DNA of 32,000 bases from Bdellovibrionales bacterium. GTDB lineage: Bacteria > Bdellovibrionota > Bdellovibrionia > Bdellovibrionales > UBA1609. The notes under the pieces are model-generated. The model saw only the letters and a list, made by a program, of their open reading frames with translations, did not search any database and was not told the DNA's origin. The position numbers and the translations under genes are program-made. The stretch lies in contig OY843585.1 of the NCBI GenBank assembly GCA_963692945.1, forward strand, positions 1,020,001 through 1,052,000. The letters are read 5' to 3'. Below, one piece after another: positions 25,824-32,000 of the stretch (position 1 is the first letter of the stretch; the number at the start of each line of letters is the position of its first letter).

Positions 25824-27917
25824 TGTTAAATTTTCAATATTTTTAAACAATTGAACTGCTAAGTAACGTACTTTTCTACTTTCATCTTGAAGAAAATAAA
25901 CCAATTCAGATTGAACATTTGGATGAAACCAATTTAAAGAGCTTATATGGTTCAAAACACTTCTTCTTATCTTCTTATCCGGCTCTTTATAAAATTGACT
26001 TATTCTATAATAAATACCCAAGTCTTTTATTTTCATTTGAGATAAAGTTTCTAAAGTAAAATACAAAATAGATAAATCTTTCTTTGATTCTAAAAGTTTA
26101 TAAAAATAATCTAAAGTAAAATCTGAGAGATTCAAACTGCTTTTGAAGGATGCAATTCCATTTTGAAAAAGATTGCGATTTTCCAAATTCTCATGAATAT
26201 AATAAACGATATGACTCATAGCCTTTTCACTTACAATATTCACTTGACTAAAAGAAGACAAAATACGCTCAGCCAATTTTGTATCACTATGATTTAAAAT
26301 CTCAGCCAATTTTTCTTGTATATCTGCATGAGGTGTTTTTATGAATAACAAAGCATCTAAAGCTTCATCTCGTATCCAAGGTTCACTATGGTTTAAAAAA
26401 GTAGCCATTTTAGCATGAGTACTATAATTTGTGATTGGACTTTGTCCTAACAATCTTAAAGTATAAAAAATCAACCCGTTATCGTTCTCATTTAAAAAGT
26501 TTGAAACTTCTAAAGCAATGTCATGTTTAGGTTTTATATGAGCTAGAGTATTAAGAGATTGATAACAAAATGTTATTTTATCTTTTCTATTATCATAGCA
26601 AAAATCAAGAATTTCTTGTTGAAGATGAGGAGATTCATATTGTAATTTTTCTAAAATAAGTAAACTCCAAATATTTTTAATGTAACCTTTTGGTAAATCC
26701 TTTTCTGTAAAGAAAAACTTTCTTTTATCTAATTGATTATCCGCTATAAGTAAATTAATAGACATGTAGGATTCACTGTCTGGATTTTTAACTAAACTTA
26801 CAATGCTTTCCTTCATTTTTGTTTTTAACTCTAGATAATCTATCCACTGAAATCTTTTTAAAATATTCAAATAAACTATTTTCATATAAGGAAGATGGTT
26901 GAGATGCTTATAGAAAGATTTAAATTTTTGAGAAAAAGTTTCATTGTTTTTCAAATTACGAAATATCTCTCTCCCCTCCCCTTCTACCATTTTACTTTGA
27001 TAATTTCCTAAAAAATGTTCTATAGCAAAAAAGGCAGAACCTGAGTTATCTGATTCAAAAATATTTTTTAGAGATTCAGCTCTTTTGATAAAAGGAACTT
27101 TGTTATCAAACAGAATACATTTATTTTGAAATAGAATTTGATCCTTTATATCCTTAGTAATTAAAGGTAAATAAGCTTGACTAATTGTTGTATGTTTTAA
27201 ATTTGTAAGTAACTCTGTATTTTCTTTACGTTCGTAAGATTTATTATGAATGTATTTATAGTAACTTCCATATCGTTTATTGATGGATTTAAAATAATTT
27301 TTTAAAGAACCGCTGATATGCTTTCCTAAAGGACTTAATTGATCAAAACCATAAATTGATTTTGATCCTGAAAATATAAAATTCATACGCTTATGAAAAG
27401 GAGCTCCTAAAGGAGAATAACGAGCCGCCACGACTCTTTCTGCTGTTTCTCTTGCCATACCATCATCTAATAAAACTTTGAGATACTGTTCATAGGTTCT
27501 GGTATCTTTTGTTTTATCTGACAGGGTATTGCATCCAAAAAGAAAAATCTCTTTCACATTTGAAAGAATTTGCGAACAAGACTTGTTACAGGATTGCTCT
27601 TCAAGTAATTCTGTAGGTAATGTGAACCCAGACTTCCCAAAAAAAGTTCCACCAAAATGACCAGAAATAACTAAGATGTCACATTTGTAATTTTTTTTAC
27701 AGGCATCGTAAAACCAATGAGAGTCATGAGTTTTATAATGTTCTTTGTTTTGTGGTAACAGCTCTACAAATTCAAATTTTTCAGGAGATAAATGCTCTTT
27801 AAAAACTTCTATCTCATCAGCAGAATTAATAGTAATAGAACAGACTTGGTATTTAGCAAAAGCAGGAAAAGAAAAAAGGAAACAATAAAAATAAAAAATC
27901 CATTTTTTATTTAACAT
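25740..27917 (-). CDS. Secreted 725-aa protein: N-terminal putative His/Cys (clan CD caspase-like) module plus C-terminal HEAT/armadillo-like repeats
   Basis: Signal peptide MLNKKWIFYFYCFLFSFPAFA. A hydrophobic strand is followed by GH (DILVISGHFGG, H87), and a second strand by GC (EIFLFGCNTL, C129). The C-terminal half has repeated helical units such as EPWIRDEALDALLF, DKKIRRSVLNHISSL and ESRKVRYLAVQLFKNI. Confidence 0.75.
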   Translation of the reverse strand: MLNKKWIFYFYCFLFSFPAFAKYQVCSITINSADEIEVFKEHLSPEKFEFVELLPQNKEHYKTHDSHWFYDACKKNYKCDILVISGHFGGTFFGKSGFTLPTELLEEQSCNKSCSQILSNVKEIFLFGCNTLSDKTKDTRTYEQYLKVLLDDGMARETAERVVAARYSPLGAPFHKRMNFIFSGSKSIYGFDQLSPLGKHISGSLKNYFKSINKRYGSYYKYIHNKSYERKENTELLTNLKHTTISQAYLPLITKDIKDQILFQNKCILFDNKVPFIKRAESLKNIFESDNSGSAFFAIEHFLGNYQSKMVEGEGREIFRNLKNNETFSQKFKSFYKHLNHLPYMKIVYLNILKRFQWIDYLELKTKMKESIVSLVKNPDSESYMSINLLIADNQLDKRKFFFTEKDLPKGYIKNIWSLLILEKLQYESPHLQQEILDFCYDNRKDKITFCYQSLNTLAHIKPKHDIALEVSNFLNENDNGLIFYTLRLLGQSPITNYSTHAKMATFLNHSEPWIRDEALDALLFIKTPHADIQEKLAEILNHSDTKLAERILSSFSQVNIVSEKAMSHIVYYIHENLENRNLFQNGIASFKSSLNLSDFTLDYFYKLLESKKDLSILYFTLETLSQMKIKDLGIYYRISQFYKEPDKKIRRSVLNHISSLNWFHPNVQSELVYFLQDESRKVRYLAVQLFKNIENLTQETVNIIVSLEGSNKEIDDLISFLRDK

Positions 27918-28063
27918 AGGAAATCAACCTTTAAGTTTTTACTATTTTAAAAGGTTTTTTCTTTGAAGTCTTTACAAAAGAAGATATTAAGAGGATTTAA
28001 AAAATATTCAGACTATAGGCTGGCTTACACAAAGCATAAAAACCCTTAGAAAAAGCTTATTTT

Positions 28064-28092
28064 TTGACAATTTTTTAAACTCTTGGAACAAT
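28064..28092 (+). promoter_or_regulatory. Putative sigma70 promoter for the coiled-coil gene
   Basis: TTGACA, a 17-nt spacer, then AACAAT. AAGAGG lies 6 nt before the GTG start. Confidence 0.4.
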
Positions 28093-28112
28093 TTGACTAA
28101 AAGAGGCAACAA

Positions 28113-29969
28113 GTGACTAGCAACTCAGAAAAAAAACTAAAACCTGAAGACATTTATACCTCTAATGCCTCAATAAATTCTATAACTAAAAAAACAGATG
28201 TTTATGATGTTATAAATTCTGAAGACTTAGATCTACTTTATAAAAAAAATGCTCAACTTCTTTCTCGCCTTTCTTCTACAGGAAGACAAAATGGCATTTT
28301 ACAAACTGAAGTTTGTTCACTCTTAGAAGAAAAATCAAGATTAGATGTAAAAAATAATTTTTTAAAAACTAAGGTGGATAGTCTCAAAGGGCAGATTTCT
28401 CTTTTTGCTAGACAACAAAGAAATTTTAATGAACAGTCTTTGCGACTAAAAAAAGAATTGAAAGGGTTAAAAGTGAATGGCTTTAAACTTATCAATGAAA
28501 GATCTGACATTATCAAAAATCAAACAGCCAATCAAAAATTGGCTCACTATATGAACTACCGTGAGAGAGTGAAAGAAGCTCATAAGAAAATCAAAAATCA
28601 AATCTATAAAGTAAACTCTCTCATTCAAGAGAAAGAGAGTGAAATTTTATTGTTAACAAAAAAAGAAATGGTTTATGTCAATCAAATTAAAAATTTAGAA
28701 AAGCAATATTTTGAATCTAAAAAGATACAAGAAAATCAAGAAAAAAATCTAAGTCAATTAAAAGCTGGGATGGAATCTGAAAATAATAAAAAACAACACT
28801 TCTCTCAGAAGGAAGAAGATTTACATAATCTTGTTCAAATTTTAAAACATCAACAAGAAGACCTCTTAAAGGAAAATGAATCTTATGAAAATCAACTTCA
28901 TCTCTACCAATTCTATCAACAAGAAAATCAAACTTTATCTGAAAACTATAGCCATTTAAGAACCATTGTATCTCAACAAGAAGAAGGGTTTAATCAAACC
29001 TTAATGTCTTTTCGTAAAAAATATATGAAAATTCATAAAGAGTTAAAATCCAAATCCAAAGAAGTAGAAATGAACTCAGCAGAAGTTTTACGATTCAAGA
29101 ATTTATTAGAACAAAATCAAAAAAACTTTGAAATAGAAAAAGAAAATTTAAGAAAAACATTAAATTCAGAAAAACAAAATGAAATACATACTTTGACTAC
29201 AGAATTGAATATTAAAAATAAATCTGGTCAAGATATTGCTCAACAGTTACAAAATCTTAAAAGCAAACAAAAACAAGAACTTGCTAAATTACAAAATACC
29301 TATTTAGATGAAATTCAATCTTTAAAATTAAAATTAGAACTCCAATCTTCCAAATTCAATGAAGTCAAAGAGAGATCTATTCAAAATGTCAAAAACGAAT
29401 ATGAGTCACGAATAAATAATCTTGATATTTCTTATAAAAAAAGGCTTCAACATATCAGAACAGAAATGGAAAATGATTTTTTAAATGAAAGAAGGCGTTC
29501 TGAAATTTTTAAATCTATGAAAGAAAAACAAATGAAAGAAATAGAAACTCATTTAGAGCAACTGCAACAGGAAACTCATAGGTTAAAGACAAGTCATTTT
29601 GCTTTGGAAAATTCTAATAGAGAAATGACGTTACGAATGAAAAAAGAAATATCTAAGAATGAATATTTAATCACACAAAATAAAAATCTTCATAGTTTAT
29701 GGCATCAAATCCAACAATCTTTAGAGAAAAAAGAACAACAAATTCAATCCCTACAAAAATTAAATAAAAATCTTAGTGTATCTTTTAATGAAACTCATTC
29801 AAAAAAGACACAAAAAAAAGAAGAAGTAAATTCTCTTAGCTTTAAGAATACATCTTCCACAAAAGATTTAACATTTGTTTCACCTTCTTCTGAGAAAAAA
29901 GATTCAATAGAAGATTCTTCATCAACAACGAAAGCCAATGACATCTTAGCAGGTATTCATTTTGATTAG
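28113..29969 (+). CDS. Large coiled-coil protein (618 aa, Gln/Lys/Glu/Asn-rich)
   Basis: GTG start with an RBS. There is near-continuous heptad-like low-complexity sequence and a Ser/Thr-rich tail. Confidence 0.7.
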   Translation: MTSNSEKKLKPEDIYTSNASINSITKKTDVYDVINSEDLDLLYKKNAQLLSRLSSTGRQNGILQTEVCSLLEEKSRLDVKNNFLKTKVDSLKGQISLFARQQRNFNEQSLRLKKELKGLKVNGFKLINERSDIIKNQTANQKLAHYMNYRERVKEAHKKIKNQIYKVNSLIQEKESEILLLTKKEMVYVNQIKNLEKQYFESKKIQENQEKNLSQLKAGMESENNKKQHFSQKEEDLHNLVQILKHQQEDLLKENESYENQLHLYQFYQQENQTLSENYSHLRTIVSQQEEGFNQTLMSFRKKYMKIHKELKSKSKEVEMNSAEVLRFKNLLEQNQKNFEIEKENLRKTLNSEKQNEIHTLTTELNIKNKSGQDIAQQLQNLKSKQKQELAKLQNTYLDEIQSLKLKLELQSSKFNEVKERSIQNVKNEYESRINNLDISYKKRLQHIRTEMENDFLNERRRSEIFKSMKEKQMKEIETHLEQLQQETHRLKTSHFALENSNREMTLRMKKEISKNEYLITQNKNLHSLWHQIQQSLEKKEQQIQSLQKLNKNLSVSFNETHSKKTQKKEEVNSLSFKNTSSTKDLTFVSPSSEKKDSIEDSSSTTKANDILAGIHFD

Positions 29970-30281
29970 TTAAAAAGCAGAAATGGCTTCTTCTTCTGTT
30001 CTATAAACAGAAAGCCCTTCATTGTTTAAAATTTTTTCAAACTCTGAGCTGGCACAACATACTTTTAATTGATTTTGTTTATCTACATTTTCTAAAGTTT
30101 TAGAAAAAACATCTACACCTATAGAACCTACAAAATTGAGAGAGGTTAAGTTAAAAACAATTTTTTTCTTTTTTAAGTTTGAAAAACAAAAAGAACTGAG
30201 GCTATCTACACCACTTAAGTCCAAAATCCCCTCTAAATCTATAAAAAATATATCTTTATTTCTACGAATTTTTGTTTTCAT
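29970..30281 (-). CDS. STAS-domain protein (anti-sigma factor antagonist-like)
   Basis: About 100 aa with a SpoIIAA-like pattern: FIDLEGILDLSGVDSL, then LTSLNFVGSIGVDVF with the candidate phospho-Ser. Confidence 0.78.
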   Translation of the reverse strand: MKTKIRRNKDIFFIDLEGILDLSGVDSLSSFCFSNLKKKKIVFNLTSLNFVGSIGVDVFSKTLENVDKQNQLKVCCASSEFEKILNNEGLSVYRTEEEAISAF

Positions 30282-30346
30282 ATATAGCTATTATAGCATA
30301 AAAAAAGTGAGAAAAATAGAACCTAGACCTTATGATAGAGAATAAA

Positions 30347-31834
30347 TTAAATCTCTCTTGAAAAATGTTTTTTAACCTCCCAAAAGGTTCCTGTGGATGT
30401 GTCTTTTATCTCAATCCCTAAATCTTCTAATTCTTTTCTTATCTTATCAGATGTTTGAAAATCCTTTTTATTCCTTGCACAACTTCGTTGTTCTAACATT
30501 TTATTCACATGACTTCTAGTCAATCCTTTTTCCTTTAAAAGATAGTCATCTAGATTTTTCAAAAATTCCTTAGGAGGTTCTTGAAAAAGGGATAGCATTT
30601 TTCCATATTTTTTAAAAAACAAAAGCAACTGTTCAGAACACCAAGTTTGTTCTTGAAGAGAAGTAAGTTTATCTTCTAAAAGAAAAGCAAATTGATTGAT
30701 TACAGAGAAAAAAGAAGCAAAAGCTTTTGGTGTTGCAAAGTCATCATTAAAGGCATTAATAATTTCTTCCTCTGCTGTTTTAATTTTTTTTTGAAAATCC
30801 GTATGCAGTTTCTTTTTTGTTGGATTGGATTCTAAAATATTTTCAGCCTTTACAAAATAAGAGTAAACTCTTGCAAGTGATGCAATAGATTGATAAATGG
30901 TGGTTTGAGAAAATTGAACTTGTGAACGGTAGTGACTTGATAAAATAAGATATTTAAAAATCTCTCCCGGATATTTTTTTAAAAACTCTCTCATAGTCAT
31001 AATATTACCTAAAGATTTAGACATCTTATCCCCTGCTGTAACTATCATATTATTATGAATCCAATAACGGACATATTTTTTATTACAAATGGCTTCCGAT
31101 TGAGCTATTTCATTTTCATGATGAGGAAAAATTAAATCTGTTCCTCCACCATGAATATCAATTTCTTGACCTAAAAATTTATGTATCATGGCTGTGCATT
31201 CAATATGCCATCCTGGACGTCCTTTTCCCCAAGGACTATCCCAAGACCAATTTTCTTCAGGTTTGCTTTTTTTCCATAAGCTAAAATCTAAAGGGTCTTT
31301 CTTTTTTTTGTTTACATCTACTCTCGCTCCAACTAAAAGATCTTTTATATTTCTCCCACTTAAATAACCATAGTCTTTAAAAGAACGAACAGAATAAAAA
31401 ACATCTCCATCTGCTTCATAGGCTATCCCAAGTTGAATGAGACTATCAATAAGAGTGATTATTTCATGAATAGTTTCTGTGGCTTTAGGATTTGCGGTAT
31501 GAGGTCTTAGTTTAAGATCTTTAAAGTCTTTCTCAAATTCTTGGATGTATTTTTTGGAAATCTTATCTGGTGACTCATTTTCCTTTTTAGAGCGGTTTAA
31601 GATTTTATCGTCAATATCTGTAAAATTATAAATCAATTTCACTTTATAATCTAAAAACTCCAACCAATTTCTAAGAAAATTGTAAAAAACAGCTCCTCTA
31701 AAGTTTCCAATGTGCAAATAATCATAAACTGTAGGACCACAGCAATATATTTTTACAAAAGGAGAATCAATAGGGATAAACTCCTTTTTCTTTCTCTCTG
31801 CTGTGTCATAAATTTTAAGTACCGATTTTATCAT
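30347..31834 (-). CDS. cysS: Cysteine--tRNA ligase
   Basis: HIGN and KMSKS motifs and the Zn-binding Cys pattern. 495 aa. Confidence 0.96.
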   Translation of the reverse strand: MIKSVLKIYDTAERKKKEFIPIDSPFVKIYCCGPTVYDYLHIGNFRGAVFYNFLRNWLEFLDYKVKLIYNFTDIDDKILNRSKKENESPDKISKKYIQEFEKDFKDLKLRPHTANPKATETIHEIITLIDSLIQLGIAYEADGDVFYSVRSFKDYGYLSGRNIKDLLVGARVDVNKKKKDPLDFSLWKKSKPEENWSWDSPWGKGRPGWHIECTAMIHKFLGQEIDIHGGGTDLIFPHHENEIAQSEAICNKKYVRYWIHNNMIVTAGDKMSKSLGNIMTMREFLKKYPGEIFKYLILSSHYRSQVQFSQTTIYQSIASLARVYSYFVKAENILESNPTKKKLHTDFQKKIKTAEEEIINAFNDDFATPKAFASFFSVINQFAFLLEDKLTSLQEQTWCSEQLLLFFKKYGKMLSLFQEPPKEFLKNLDDYLLKEKGLTRSHVNKMLEQRSCARNKKDFQTSDKIRKELEDLGIEIKDTSTGTFWEVKKHFSREI

Positions 31835-32000
31835 TTTCCATCATCTCCAATAGCCGATACAGGACAACATTCTAAAGCCTCTTTACAATGTTCCATCTCT
31901 TCAGGTGTATGAGGTTGTTTATAAACAAAAGCATAGCCTTCTTCTTCATGAAGCTTAAAATGATTTTCTGCTGCTAAAACACAGGCATCACAATTGATAC
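31831..32000 (-). CDS. Ferredoxin, C-terminal part (gene runs off the window; not in the ORF track)
   Basis: Manual translation gives ...INCDACVLAAENHFKLHEEEGYAFVYKQPHTPEEMEHCKEALECCPVSAIGDDGK*. It has the CxxC...CP cluster-ligand pattern. Its TGA overlaps the cysS ATG (ATGA). Confidence 0.75.
   Translation of the reverse strand, partial: INCDACVLAAENHFKLHEEEGYAFVYKQPHTPEEMEHCKEALECCPVSAIGDDGK

Overview
Visibly AT-rich bacterial chromosome segment, standard genetic code, densely coding. DsbD, MltD, lipobox lipoproteins and an M23 peptidase suggest a diderm. Several signal-peptide ankyrin proteins hint at a host-associated or predatory lifestyle, but that is inference only. Most of the window is housekeeping. 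It holds an ABC-2 exporter pair, the rpsP-KH-rimM-trmD-rplS operon, convergent rnhB/yraN, a DsbD-like reductase, tRNA-fMet, and an HD-domain (SAMHD1-like) hydrolase. It also holds a ComM/YifB AAA+ protein, tRNA-Cys, sodB-hisS, a CCA/poly(A) polymerase-family enzyme, sufE, an MltD-like transglycosylase, and the rpmF-acp-rpiB-glyA-M23 peptidase string. The rest is rpsN, an FMN reductase-like protein, an orphan STAS protein, cysS and a partial ferredoxin. rpmF (21484-21654, -) and the ferredoxin (31831-32000, -) are missing from the supplied ORF track and were found by reading the sequence. Two things are not ordinary. (1) At 23.7-25.8 kb a 1,586-bp cassette is bracketed by 259-bp inverted repeats. 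It encodes three paralogous secreted Cys-rich proteins and a possible small Lys-rich ORF. The inner 126 bp of the repeats are perfectly identical. The outer 84 bp duplicate the last 27 codons plus stop of the adjacent 725-aa secreted HEAT-repeat protein. This looks like an invertible or foldback module and is my best candidate for something undescribed. (2) Immediately 3' of a duplicated 28-bp tRNA-fMet 3' end, and again 3' of tRNA-Cys, sits a family of nested hairpin modules. They have terminal inverted repeats, an ~87-bp periodicity, and a conserved ~26-29 nt loop core held by non-homologous stems. No CRISPR array, IS transposase, integrase or recombinase gene is visible in the window.
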